64,000 nt of DNA, taken from assembly GCF_009914755.1 (NCBI RefSeq), contig NC_060947.1, one strand, 5' to 3'. Source of the stretch: the human T2T-CHM13v2.0 reference genome, Homo sapiens. Below are positions 17,741 to 31,591 of the stretch, piece after piece (the first letter of the stretch is position 1; every line of letters begins with the position of its first letter). Under the pieces are notes generated by a model. That model worked only from the letters and a program-made list of their open reading frames with translations, did not search any database and was not told the origin of the DNA. The translations under genes were made by a program, and so were the position numbers.

Positions 17741-20614
17741 ATTTAGATGAAAAGTATATGGAAGTTCTTTGCAGTGTTCTCATAACTTAAGTGTGTTTTT
17801 TAAAGTTAAAATAAAAAATAAATTCATAAAATAATCTTAAAATTATTTAAAATCTCAAATCACAAGTTTTCTCTAGCTGGCATTATTAAAAAGCTATTAT
17901 GGATATAAATCTATGGGCAGAGAGCATTAAAAAATTTAAGTTCCTATCAATGGGCTTATAGGAATAAACAGATTTAAAGACAAATGCTTCAGATCTGAAA
18001 CCTCATACCAAATAGATGATATGTCTTCCCAAGCAACTGTTCAAGAAGAAAGAGACAAAACCTAGAATCTTTTAGGCTCTGTAAAGTCAGTTTCAATAGG
18101 CTGTATAAACTGGTGGTTTAACCACAGCCTCAGAAACCCTAAAGTAGAGGACCCAGCATAGCCTCAGTCATCTTGGAAGTCCCAGGTAAGCTCCAGGGTG
18201 ACTCTGTAAGGATCCCAATTGTCCTTCCTCTCTGCCATCACTTCTAATTACAAAACACAGGAAACGAGGTCACTCAGCACTGTGGTCCAATTTGCCTCTT
18301 GGACCCTCTGTGTCCCTCCCTCCTTTATACTAGATAAGTCCTTCTTACAACATCCAAGCACGATGTTCCTCACAACGAAGATAGGAGATGGATAGAACCT
18401 ACTTCTTTTGCAGTTGCAAACTACTGCATGGCATGTCCTAGATAAGTATTAGTTTTCAGTAGTATGTTCACTCCCTGGCTACATTCATACATGAATTCTA
18501 AAATCAGCAGAATCAGTCTGTGTTTATTAAAAGTCCAATGAAGGAAAACTGATGTTGGTGTTTTGCCAAGACAGAGCAGTAAAGGAGGGGTAGGTGTCCT
18601 TTCCTCACAGGAGGAAGCTTACATCCTCACATGAACATTTTCCTAAAGACACAAAAAAACTCACCCTCAGTGGGAAGTTTACTGGCGCACAGACAGCTTA
18701 ATAAAATGATATACATAACAAGACAGCCTTTTCTCTGGGAAAATAAAAATGCATATTTAATCAAAGTGCTAAAAAATCAGTAAGGGCTAGAAACTATTAT
18801 CTGTACATGTAATTTCCAACCCAGAAAGTGTAACACACACACAGACACACAATTTTTTAAAATTATAATCTGATTATAGGACATCTGTATATCCTTCGGC
18901 AGACTATCAAATCCATCGCTCAGCTTTCTCCAATACTGACCCCCAGGTAATCAAAATAACTCAAGAATCCTGGCAGAGCCATTAGCCAGGTTTTACAGGC
19001 TGAATTAACGGGATCCATGTTGTGCGTCCAGAATCTCAAGTGTTCATTAGATCAGATTTTGCGTAACTCAACTGGAATCACCAGTCACAGCATTCGAAGA
19101 ACTTAAACAGCCAGGCCCGTCTCCCCAGTGAAGGTCAGAATTGAATCTGCACAGCATGATTCTGACATCACTGTGCTGCAAGGTTAAAAAAAAAACTGTG
19201 ACAAGTTGAATGGAGATTAGGATTTCCCTCACTTGGTGCTATGTTTAAAAGCTTATGCTCATCTAGCTCTGATCCTTATCTCCATATATATTTTTTTCCT
19301 ACACATTTTCTTGACAACACACATCTCCTAAGAAAACATTTGATTGGTAGTCCTGGAGAACCATGTCAATCTTATTCCCAAGTTGGGTGGCCTGGTGTCC
19401 TTTCTTCCTGTGCTAATGACCTTACAAAATGCGGCATACATCACAGGAGGAATGGGATTTTGCTCTTTGTCCCTGTGTTAAATCTCACAGAGCTACTTAT
19501 AAGCCTGTCTTATTTATAATATCTGCTTCTTGCTTAACAAGATTGTTTATATCAGTAATATATAAGAATGCCATGGGTAACTATATGCTGTTGGCTTATT
19601 GTTTCCAATAAATGCATCTCTTTGTCTGAGAGGTGAGTGATTATAGTAGGTTCTAAGAGAGAACCTAAAATGAAGCATGTCTGTGCAGTGAGACCAATCA
19701 GCAACAGTGTCAACACTAATCCTCTTCTGATAGAAGGAGCTTGTAACACTGACAGCTTAATATCTATCTGTGTGGCTTGGTTGTCTGATATGTCAAACTC
19801 AAGGAAGGCATGGTGTGCTCTTGAAAAGACCAGGGAGCCAAATCTCATGGGGACTTTCATGTTTCCTGTCTCCCTTGCCAGATCAAATCACCCCAGCTTT
19901 GTCAGCATGAAAGCTCCTCTAAGACATTAGTGCATCCCTGAGCAAACTCATTCAATTTGGCATTATGTGGTAGGTCTGCTCCAGATTAATGAGTTAGACA
20001 TCATATTCATAACTTTTCAGATGCTTAAAAGGAAACACCATGGTGGAGAATGTATGTTAGTTATGGATGGAAAACTCCGTTTATAATAGAACCTGTTTGG
20101 CCTTTAACCCAAACTTGAAATTTGTACAACCTCACTTGAATATTTAATTTTATTCTCTCTTCACCACAAAAAGAGTGATGTTGAAGTTCTTGTGGCCAAT
20201 GGAATTCCATCATAATACAGTAACAATGAAAGCTATTTGTGAACTCAACCAAAACGAGCAGCAAGCACTAACTCAGTAAGTTTGGATCATGAAGGTTTGT
20301 TTAACTACTGCAGTCTTTCAAGAGATTTTGCACAGGGTTTAGAAGAGCCTCCTTCATACTGTGGGCAATGCAAATGTCAGTTTCTTGTGCTTGTTTTCCC
20401 TTGTTATCCCCTTGACTGAAATACACATTTAAGGACTCAACCAAAGATGTCTCTTCCTCTTGTTGTTTTGCATTTTACAACTTAGCTAACTGAACACTGT
20501 TTTGATTAACTCTAAGCTTACCTTCATTACCCCTTTACCCATTCATTCATCAGCTGCTCTGCTGAACCAAAAAAATGCAGAAAAAAGAAAAAAGGAGTAG
20601 CTCACATTACCTAG

Positions 20615-20803
20615 ACCAGTGGTGTCCAACATAATGCAAGAATGGAATTGTTCTACATGTACACCATCCAATATGGCAGCCAGCAGCCACATGGGGCTAC
20701 TGAGCACTTGAAATGTGGCCAATGAGGCTGAAAGATGAAATATTCAATTTTAATAAATTTAAATCTATAAAGCTATATGGCTGGTAGCTACCATATTGGA
20801 GAG
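20615..20803. mobile_element. MER3-like DNA transposon
   Basis: tccaatatggcagcc...gccacatggggctactgagcacttgaaatgtggc...gctaccatattgga. Confidence 0.8.
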
Positions 20804-21509
20804 AAGAAACTGAAAAAGTTAAAAGGAAAGTACAAAAGTATGCATTCAACATCCATCACACCCACCTTCCAGTGGAAGAGGAAGTAGAAGCTGCATTTCC
20901 CAGATGATCATGCCACTGAAATTCTGAATTCAATTAGGTTATGCTCATCAATATATTTACGCAGCATTTGAAGGCAAAAAGAAAACAGAAGATATTTTCT
21001 TGCTTGTGCCTTGTTCACTATTTCTGTGGTTTAGAACCCTTGTGAAAATGTGAGGGTTTTCTGCTGCAGTCTTCAAGTCTTCATTCTCCAGCTTCCTGGG
21101 TATCTGTAGAGGCTTCATCAGGGGATGGCCCTTGACTCTCACATTGTTACTCCAGAGAGGGCTCAGAGCAAGCAGGAGAGTCAGCTCTCTGTTTTAGAGT
21201 CACTTCTGGAGGCTGAGCCTAGAGTCCATTCCTTCAACACCTCTAATCATTTTAGAAGCATCTAATCCCTTGTATTAAGTTCCTTCTAGTTTACGTACCT
21301 AGAGTAGTTTGTTTTCTTCACTGACACTACCTGATGAAAGCAACTAAGATGATACATGTGAACTGAAATTTTTTAACCCTTGTGACATCAAAAATGCAAA
21401 GAATGTAGCCATAACTTTTCTGATTATCTATTGTGTCACCAATATCATTTCTAATCTTACAAGAGTCTCCCTTTACTTTGTAACCTCCCTCTCTACCTTC
21501 TCTGCGTAT

Positions 21510-21850
21510 GTATTTATTGATTCACATCTATGCATTGGGCAATCCAAGAGATATTAGGAGCACGTGGATGCATCAAACACACAGTCTGCATGCTTTGACC
21601 TTAGAATATGATGGAGAACAAAATTAAGCCATTACAATACAGTGGGATCAAAGCCGTGAGACAAAGGCGTACAGAAGTACAGATGGGGAGAACCTAACCC
21701 AAGTGACAACTATGCAAAATTCCCTGGGCAAAGGGATATGTCTAGGCAGAAAACAAAATAATGAGTAGGATTAACCAGGCAAAAGCAGGTGGGATGAGAG
21801 AAGAGTATGTTCCAGATAGATTTGATCTTTTTAAGCATGAAAATAAAACT
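21510..21850 (-). mobile_element. L2 relic
   Basis: Degenerate antisense L2 3'-region motifs. Confidence 0.45.
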
Positions 21851-24800
21851 GTAAATTTTAGCAACATAGAGGCACTCCAGAGGTTTCTGCTGTGTTCTGA
21901 GATGAAGACAAATGATCTATAATTCACAGGCTATTTAGAGTCAACTTTAGCTTTGGGACAAGTGGGAGCTTGGATCTTAGCAATGCTTAGAGCGACTGCT
22001 GGATATGTTTTTAGAAGTATAGCAGGCTTTATGTAGACCAGTAGAACAAAGAAAAGAAAATGATTCTTATTGAAGACATGTACGTTTCCTTTATCAGAGA
22101 GAAAGGACCTAGCTTTCCTTTCCCCAAAGCATGCATACCACTGGTAAAACGAGTAATCTAATTACTTCAAAAAGACAGCACTCGAAGGTCTGCTTTATCA
22201 AATGATAAGATTCCCTAAGTGAAATTCTAATGCACCTGAAAATAACTTATATAAGAACATCATTTTTATAACAGACATGTGATATTTACAATATAGATGA
22301 TGCCATTCATGCCTGCTTTCTTCCACTTGGGGGGAGCTTAAAAAGAATCTCACTCACACATGAAATCATTTTGGAGATTTAAAATAAAGTGTACAAATCC
22401 CACAAATTTAAATAGGCAGCTTAATGTAATTTAATGCCGCTACATGTAACAGTTTAACTGGACAAGAACACACAGAAGGAAGAGTAATTATTTTCCATGT
22501 TTTATTAGTTTCTTTCCAACTCATTCAGATTGTTATACATATATCAATTCATAAGAGTAACTTAAATACCCTGTATCCTCAGAAAACTGTTTCACCAAGA
22601 TGCTGCTGATAATGTACCCTCACTTCACCAAGAGGAAACAGATTTGCTTTATTTCTAATGTCACTGAATGTACGTTTATAATTTACAGAATGCTTCTCTT
22701 CTGCTTCTTTACTATAATAGAAATGTATTCATGTTTATAGAAAAACAAGAAACTCATATCCAACTTACTCATTTTAAAGAGGAAATGTGATAGACTAACA
22801 TGCAAAGAATATATTACAAAGAGAATACAAGGCAAAAATATCAGAATGGCATCTTCTGTTGGAAATAGAGGATACTAAATATTTTTGGAGGTTACACATC
22901 TGTCAGATATAAGGCAAGTCCTTCCCATGAAGTGATAAGCTTCTCTCTCTTTCTTTGGGAAATGTACTTGCTGTTGCTCTTTGTTAATGAGCAAAATCAG
23001 TGACCCCTCTAGCTCAGAAAAGACTCCTGATCACTGCCTCCACCGCATCCCCACCCAGAGGACTAAATGAACCAGTGACAACAAAATGCTCTTGTGCCCT
23101 AGGCCCTCTATTTCTCGGAGTTTATAGACCACCTAACAATCAAAGCAGGGCAGTAGGGGGAGGCCGTCTTTGTCCCTGCTGTTACTTTGTGTTTTTTCTC
23201 GCTGGCTTCCCAGTCCCCTCCGGGCACCATCATCACCATATCCCTCATGGCTAAGCAGCCAGAGGCATGGGGCTTTCACTCCAAATTTCACGGCATGATG
23301 AAATGCAGGGGCTGCCTCTCTGGGGATCTCAAAGCCCTCCTTTGTGGGCCTAGTTGAGGGTCAGGTTAAGTAGCACATTTTGGCAGCAGGCATCTGTTTG
23401 TCTTCACGCCATGATCTTCCTAACAAGGGGGAGGGAGAGGAAGGGAAGCGGGAAGAGGAGAGACAGTTTCAGAAAACCACCTTCACAGTGGCAAGCAAAT
23501 TCCCTTCAGCGGCTTGACAGACTATGAGGCCAATGTAAATCCAATGCCTACCACACTGATGGCCCCACCGAATCAATTCGATTGAGCCGTGAGACAGGGA
23601 GCTTTTCCTTTCTTATAGGCTGAGGCCTCACTTGTTGCTCTAAAGAGAAAAAACAAAGCAAGACCCTTTCTTGCTCAGACTTTTTATAAAGAAAATGAAC
23701 CTGTACAAAAAAAAAAAAAAAACTGTTGGAAAGGTCGCATTTCTTGTTTTTTTTTTCTCTTGTAATATAATCATAGAATTTTAAAATTAATTCTTCTCAA
23801 TACAGAAACCCTGTTGCTATAATTGGGAGACATTGCTACTCAAGGCAAATAAAGAGCTCATTCTATTTAAAGAAAGCCTTTATGTAGAAAAGCTTTACAA
23901 GACATGATTAATATTAATTATTTCTACAAGTCATAGATACAATTTCTACTCTGGAAAGAAACCAGTGGGTAGGGATTGTTCCCTAAAAACTCAAACCACT
24001 GAATATGACCAAAGTCAATAGTTCAAAAGTAGAGTTGGTTTTCTAATATAATTAAAACCCACATATCAATGTTTTCTCAGAAAACAGAATTATACTTCGT
24101 TCCCTGTGTCATTCTCTAAGAATAGATACTTACTTCCTCATGTCAGCCTATATGCAAGAAGAATAAGCCTTTTAAAATGATGAGAAAATTAGTAGGAAAT
24201 GATAAATGAGAAATAAGTAGGTCAGTCAGATGTATGGAGTATCCGGAAGAGTAAGGAATATCACAGGGGATTCGAAAGCAATAAAAAATAACATACTTCA
24301 TGAATCTGAAGAATCATTGTAAAAATCATCAGATGCAGACAGACACACACATGCATGCACATACACACAGCACAAAGAAACTAAAGCATAAATTGCCAAC
24401 TATCTAGCTCACCCTTGGTAAAGGAGGGAATAATCAGATGTGCAGAAAGAGGGAAAAGGAGGTATCACATGATATAAAACAGCATTCCTCACATTCATCT
24501 TCTCATTAAACCATTATTTATTTCTGTGATCCCTTTTTTCTTCAGCAAAGTGGATGATATTATTCCATCAATATTTTAAAAAGAAAAATAGTATCCACTG
24601 GAGAATCAGCTTCTTTAGCAATTGTCACCATTGCTCCATTACACTATCACACACACAAAAATTCAAGACCTGCACATCAGGAGATGGAAATGCAAATTAC
24701 ACTGGTGTGCATACACACACAAATACAAAGGCTATCTTATTGGAAGTCTTCATGGATTTCTTAAAGCGCATGGGAATATTATGTCAAATATTAAATACAC

Positions 24801-25139
24801 ACCATAGTCAGTTTGGCACATGAAAGTAAAGTCATTCCAAGGTAATGATTTAAAATTGTGTGGTGTTTAGGTAGTCTGCTCATCTTTTCTAAAAAGTATT
24901 CATCAAAATTCCCCGAAAACTGATTTAAGATTAATGCTTAGAGTTCTAGATAGGCATCCATTCTGCCGGGTTTTTTTCCCCCTGTTGTCTGGGATTTTAT
25001 TTTATTAGGTCAGGGGTTTGCAATAGGGGCAAAGGAAGAGACACAGAGTTTATTTTAATATTGTAATGTAATTCTAGAGTAAATTAGTAAAGTTTTATGT
25101 ATAAAATCTCAGAATAAAATAAATACAACATATTTATAA

Positions 25140-25670
25140 TTCTATCCATACCATTAAGACTTGTACACAAATGCTCCTTACAGCATTATTCATAATAGCC
25201 AAAAAGTGGAAGCAAATTTCATATATAATTACTGACGAATGAATGAATAAATAAAATGAAAAAAGAATACATGGAAATATTGTTTAGCAATGAAAAGAAA
25301 TGGAATACTAAAGCATGCTACAGCATCAATGGGCCTTTATAATATTATGCTAAGTAAAATAAAAAGCCAGATAAAAAGATTACATGCTGTATGATTCCAT
25401 CATTTATATGAAATGTCTAGAATGAGTCAATCTATGTAGGGAAAGAAAATAGATTAGTGGATATGTAGGACTGAAGGAATTGGAGGGAAAGGGAAGCGAC
25501 TGCCAATGGCTATGGGATTTTTTTGGGGGTAGTGATAAAAATATTCTATAATTCTGCTGATAATTGCAAGACTATAAATACATGAAAAACCAATGAACTA
25601 TTTAAACAAGTAAATTGTACAGCATGTGAATTATATTTCAAGAATGTTATTAGGCAAAAAAAAAAAGTTT
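25140..25670 (+). mobile_element. L1MB-like 3' fragment
   Basis: cagcattattcataatagccaaaaagtggaa, tgtatgattcca, agattagtgg, A tail. Confidence 0.82.
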
Positions 25671-25847
25671 CTAAATTCACCAGTATATATATGTAATTTA
25701 TATTGAACAATAATTAAAAATGTACTGACTTTCCCTGTCAAATAGATTGTAAGTTAAAAATTCAGTGATCTTCAACTATCCCATTTTGAATAGATTCATA
25801 TTGTCAAACATGTCTATTCCATTCAATGGACTAAGCACATGGATCGG

Positions 25848-25990
25848 TATCTCTTAAAGTGTGGGTTTGGTCCTCCCCTCTCCCACACTCCACCAAGATT
25901 AGGATTGAGTAGGTTTGAAGTTGCAGCCAGAAAAATGCATCCATGGGCACCCCAGGTGATCTTGATGCAGGCTGAATTTGAGAGTCATGA
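25848..25990. mobile_element. MER5-like fragment
   Basis: gcaccccaggtgatcttgatgcag...tttgagag. Confidence 0.5.
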
Positions 25991-26506
25991 GCCATATAGC
26001 AGCAATTACTTCAAATTACATGAAGTCTGAGAATAGATCATCAACACATAAAAATGGAAAACTTTATAAAGAACTTTCAATGCCTCCTCTTTCGTGTTAG
26101 TTTTTGAATAATAATTTTTCATGCAACATAACCATTCAAAAGCAATAATTCTAGAAACTGTTAGACAGCAATTACATTAACTTAAGGTTTATGAGTCAAT
26201 TGAAACACATTTTTTTCTAGGTGTTGATGACCTAGAGGAAAATGACCACTTGAAAAATTAAAAACTTAGAGACATATCAATGAAAGAATTGGCACTCAGT
26301 GAACTCCTAATAATGCATATAGAAGGTCTTTATTGAATAAAATAGAAGTGTTTGCAACTCAGAATCATCTACTCTTTTTAAATGTCAATTTAACAAAATA
26401 ATGTATCATTTAAAGATCTGGTGACTAAAATTTTCAGTATAAATCATGTGTTGCATTAATAAGTTGGGCCCTTTCATTTTGTGTTATGCTGTTGTTCCAT
26501 TCTACT

Positions 26507-27263
26507 TGAGGACTAAGCTCTGATTCTTTCATGTTGTCCAAATTCCTATCTAAGGGGTCTAGGGAGTCATGCCCTACAAACCATAAGTTCTCATTAGATG
26601 GGCTTTATTTAACTCTATATATCATGACTTATTTTGCAACGTGACTCTGGCATAACATTACGAGACAAGGAAGAAAATCAAAATATTTTACCCCCAAAAT
26701 ATGTTTTTTGTTACATTTTGAAATGGTCCTGCAAGCCATCCTTTGTGAGGAAAAATGCACATCTGTAAAGAATCCCTATTAACATAGCTAGACCTTTTCC
26801 TTCCAGTCTACCACCTTTTAAAGGGTCTGAATAGGAAACATTTGTCATCTATTGTTTCTAACAGCAGCCACTGTGAGACTTCAAAAGAACTTTGGTCTCC
26901 TCAATCTTTTATCTTAACCTGAACATTTCCTTTCCATTGATCCCAGGTCTTTAGACAAAAACTCAGCCAACTGTCCATCAGAAAATGTTTAAATTTACCT
27001 ATAACCTAGAAGTGCCACCCCCCCAACCCCGCCTCCACTTTGAGTTGTTCCGCCTTTCTGAACCAAACCAATGTCTTTCTTAAATGTATTTGATTGATAT
27101 CTCATGCCTCCCTAAAATGTATAAAACCAAGCTGTGCCCCGACCACCTTGGACACATATTCTAAGGACCTTCTGAGGGCTGCGTCATGGGCCATGGTCAC
27201 TCATATTTGACTCAGAATAAATCTCTTCAAATATTCTACAGAGTTTGACTCTTTTCGTCGACA
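26507..27263 (+). mobile_element. MER4-group ERV1 solo LTR (MER4E-like)
   Basis: tgaggactaagctctgatt...cgtcgaca; perfect TSD tact. Confidence 0.9.
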
Positions 27264-27321
27264 TACTTGTGTTTAAGATTTAGCTTGACGAAAATACCGT
27301 TATGCAGAGGACCATTCAGCC

Positions 27322-28197
27322 TGTAAAGTAAAAATAAAGTAATAAAGTTCTAAGCCTCCACTCAATGGACCCCATCTTAGCCAAGGGGTCCCAAATAAAC
27401 CTGAAAAATTAGTTCAAGCCATGACAGGAAAGAAGGGACAGACATGCCTCCTTCCTTTGGAGTTTAGGCACAACTGACCAGCATTCACATTAGCATAGGG
27501 ATCTTAAGACTGACAAAACAGACTCTTTGTAGCAATAAGATACCCAACTCCAACCTGACCGTAGTATAGCATCACATGACAGATAGCAGGCCCTGAAAAA
27601 AAAAAAAGTATTTTACCTCAAAATATATTTCTTTGACATATTCTGAGATAGCCTTGCAAAGCCATCTCTTGTGGGGAAAATTTGCATTCTGTAGAGAATC
27701 GCCTTCCCTTATTAGTTCTTTTCCAGAGAATCTGACACCTTTTAAGGTCCAATAAGAGGTATTTACCATCTATTCTCTCTGAAGCCTGCTACCTGGAGGC
27801 TTCACCTACATGACAAGAACCTTGGCTTCTTCAACCCCACTGTCCTTATCTTAACTCAAGCATTTCTTTCTGCTGACTTCAACATTTCAGGCAGAGCTTA
27901 ACTCTTTCAACCAATCGCCAATCAGGAAATCTTTGAACCCACCTATGACCTGGAAGCCCTCTGCTTTGAAATGTCCTGCCCTTTCAGGCTGAACCAATGT
28001 ATATCTTCCATGTATTCATTTACATCTTTGCTTGTAACTTCTTTTTCCCTAAAATGTACTGAGAAGCTGCAACCCAGCTACCTTGGGCACATGTTCTCAG
28101 GACCTTCTGAGGCCCTATCATAGGCCACGGTCCTTAACTTTGGCAGAATAAACCTCTACATTGATTGAGACCTGTCTCCAATACTTATTGGTTTACA
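27322..28197 (+). mobile_element. MER4-group ERV1 solo LTR (MER4D-like)
   Basis: tgtaaa...aacctgaaaaattagttca...gattgagacctgtctc...ggtttaca; TSD agcc/aacc. Confidence 0.88.
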
Positions 28198-28719
28198 AAC
28201 CTTAACATTATATTAGATGGGTTTCCCATGTGTAATTTCAAAATGCAATGCTTTCACTGTAAAAGAACTCAGCTGCAAACACATGCCCCTCAATAGGCAG
28301 CTCAAAGTTCCTCCAGGGAGAAGCACTGAGGCAGAGGTGAAGCTAGGAGCTGAGTGCAACATCGACGAAGGGAGTCCAGGCATCCTGTTGTCCAGCAGGA
28401 GGGGAAATGGCCATGTCTCAGCAGAAAGAGGAACCAAAGAGCTTTCTGCAGGTGTCGGCAGAATGTGAATTGACAAAGATTCTCAACTTCACCTTTCTGA
28501 AGAAATACTTCTCGTGTGGCCCCTCAGACCCCAGGCTCAAAACACACACACCTTTCAGTCAACCTGATTTCAGCAAATATCCTACCCTAACATAGCAGTA
28601 GATTTACCTGTCTGGACTTTTGTTTTTACTATTACTTCCCCTCTTCATATTTCTCCACTCTTCTTCTGAATGTGTTCTCTTTAAGCTTTGTTGTTGTTGC
28701 TGTTGTTTCCATTTATTTT

Positions 28720-29206
28720 TATTTTTAGTTTCAGTTTAGTTTAGTTTTGTTTTGAGACAGGGTTTCACTCCTGTTGCCCATGCTGGAGTTCAGTGGTGCA
28801 ATCTTGGTTCACTGCAGCCTCAACTTCCCAGGCTCAAGCGATTCTCCCACCTCAGCCTTCTCAGGAACTGGGACTATAGGAAAATATGAATAGATTCATA
28901 TTGTCAAACTAAGGCGCCTGCCACCGCGCCCAGCTAATTTTTTTGTGTTTTTAGTAGAGACAGGGTTTCAACGTGGTCTCGATCTCCTGACCTCGTGATC
29001 CGCCCGCCTCGGCCTCCCAAAGTGCTGGGATTACAGGCGTGAGCCACCACTCCTGGCTGTGTCTGGGTAATTTTTGTATTTTTGTAGAGATGGGGTTTCA
29101 CAATGTTGGCCAGGCTGGTCTTGAACTCCTGACCTCAGGTGATCCACCCCCTCCCCCCTCAGCCTCCCAAAGTGCTGGGATTACAGGCGTGAGCCACCGT
29201 GCTGGG
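28720..29206 (-). mobile_element. Composite Alu: old Alu containing a non-Alu patch and a younger Alu left arm
   Basis: Right arm to 28880, foreign patch 28881-28911, CpG-rich Alu segment to about 29057, then a second left arm. Confidence 0.88.
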
Positions 29207-29301
29207 ACAATTTTATTCTTTTAGGTTAATAATAAAGAGCGAAAGGAAAGATGGTGAGTCTAGCAACAAGGCAATAAACATAGGACAGTCAAGGAAGACA
29301 T

Positions 29302-29450
29302 CTTTTTTTGAGACATGGTTTTACTCCTGTCACCCAGGCTGGAGTTCAGTGGCGCGACCTCAGCTCACTGCAGCCTTGACCCGCCAGGCTCAAGCGATTC
29401 TCCCATCTCAGCTTCCTGAGTAGCTGGGACTATCGGTGCGTGCCATCACC
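29302..29450 (-). mobile_element. AluJ-type right arm fragment
   Basis: Reverse right arm ending in a short tandem repeat. Confidence 0.85.
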
Positions 29451-29665
29451 TGTAATAGGCATGCCATCACCTGTAGTAGCCGCCACCTGTAGTAGGCAGA
29501 TAAAGTAGGATTTTGTGGGCCTAGTGATTTTGGAAACCATAGCTAGGCCTTTAAAGTCCTTTGAGAATTGCTACATTGAAGTGATACTGTATTTCTCAGC
29601 ATGAAAATAAATGTGAACGCTAACACTCATTTTCCATCTTTTCATGGCTGCAATAGAAAGCTTCA

Positions 29666-30067
<402 letters not shown>

Positions 30068-30208
30068 GAAGATTTCACAGGGCACTTGCATGCTACCAAT
30101 GAGATCGAGGTGGAGGGTCCGATCCTTGTCTAGGGTACAATTTGTCGTGAGCATAGAACGCTTTGTTCTACCATCAAAGGCAGAAATGTACTATTCATCT
30201 TGTATAGG

Positions 30209-30410
30209 CAGGGTGTCTCAGCCTCCACGCTACTGACATGCAGGGCTTATCCATAAGCCTTTGTTGTGGGGGGCAGTTCTGTGCATTGGAGGATATTAGC
30301 AACTTCGATGCTAGTAGCACTTCCATCCTCAGGTGTGAAAGCCCGAAATGTCTCAAAACATTGCCAAATGCCCCCCAGGGACAAGAACTGCCCCCGGGTT
30401 GAGAACCAGT
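30209..30410. mobile_element. MER20 DNA transposon
   Basis: tctcagcctcc...actgacat...aaatgtctc...acattgccaaatg...ggttgagaacca. Confidence 0.85.
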
Positions 30411-31103
30411 GATATAGGGTACATGCTTATAAATAAATAAGCACGAAACCATCACCACCATAGGGAAAGGCATTCAGAACAAGTCTTTCTGGTTATGACT
30501 CAGAACCCTCATCTCCACAATATTGATTTCCCAATCACACAGTCCAGATGGAAATTCTAAGAAAGGGCTAACTCACGTAGGCTAGGAGAGAAGCAATTCA
30601 CTGTCACCGCAATTCAAAGGATGATAGAAAAGAGCAAGCAAAATATATAGCAAGTCGCACTAACACTTGAAAATAACTTGAGAGCTTTCAAACAATTCCC
30701 ACAAATCCAAACTGCTTTGAAGCATATTTCTATGATAATTCTGGAATCTTTATGTAAAAAAAAAGTGAACTCTTAGCTTTTGAGTGAGTTGAGTGTATTG
30801 CCAGCTTAGAAACTATTTTAGAGACATTTTTCCTCTTAGCTACAAGCAGTAAGCAAGTGCACTTCGTATGTTCAATCTCCTTAAGAAAAGACCTGGGACT
30901 TCATTAGGGTGAGTGACAGAGGAGAAAATGAATCGTTTGAGCCAAAAAAGCATCTTAAACCTATACCTTTTAATAATTTCTCATTTCAACACCCTGACAT
31001 GCTCTATGCAGCTTGGGCATCTCATTAGGGACAAATAATATCATCAGAACTTCCCATCTCCACAAAGCATTTGAAATCCAGTGAGTTTATTAAATGGCAT
31101 AGT

Positions 31104-31186
31104 GTTATAAATTGATAAATGTTATAAATTTATAAACTGTATAAATGTTATAAATTGATAAACTGTACAAATATTATAAATTGATA
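31104..31186. repeat. AT-rich degenerate minisatellite
   Basis: Recurring gttataaat / tgataaa / ctgtataaat units. Confidence 0.75.
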
Positions 31187-31280
31187 GACAAAACAATTAA
31201 AATAATGCTTCCAGGATGAACTAATCTTCGTAGTGGAAAACAATTTATATGCCTCCAAAGTGAACCAATATGATATATTA

Positions 31281-31591
<311 letters not shown>

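Larger units (their letters stand above)
16690..17830 (+). mobile_element. L1MC4/5-like 3' UTR, interrupted by MER58A and a microsatellite
   Basis: gaaagacaaagaaagactgaggaa, ggagactaaagatacatgacaac, aacctgaatctaa motifs. Confidence 0.8.
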
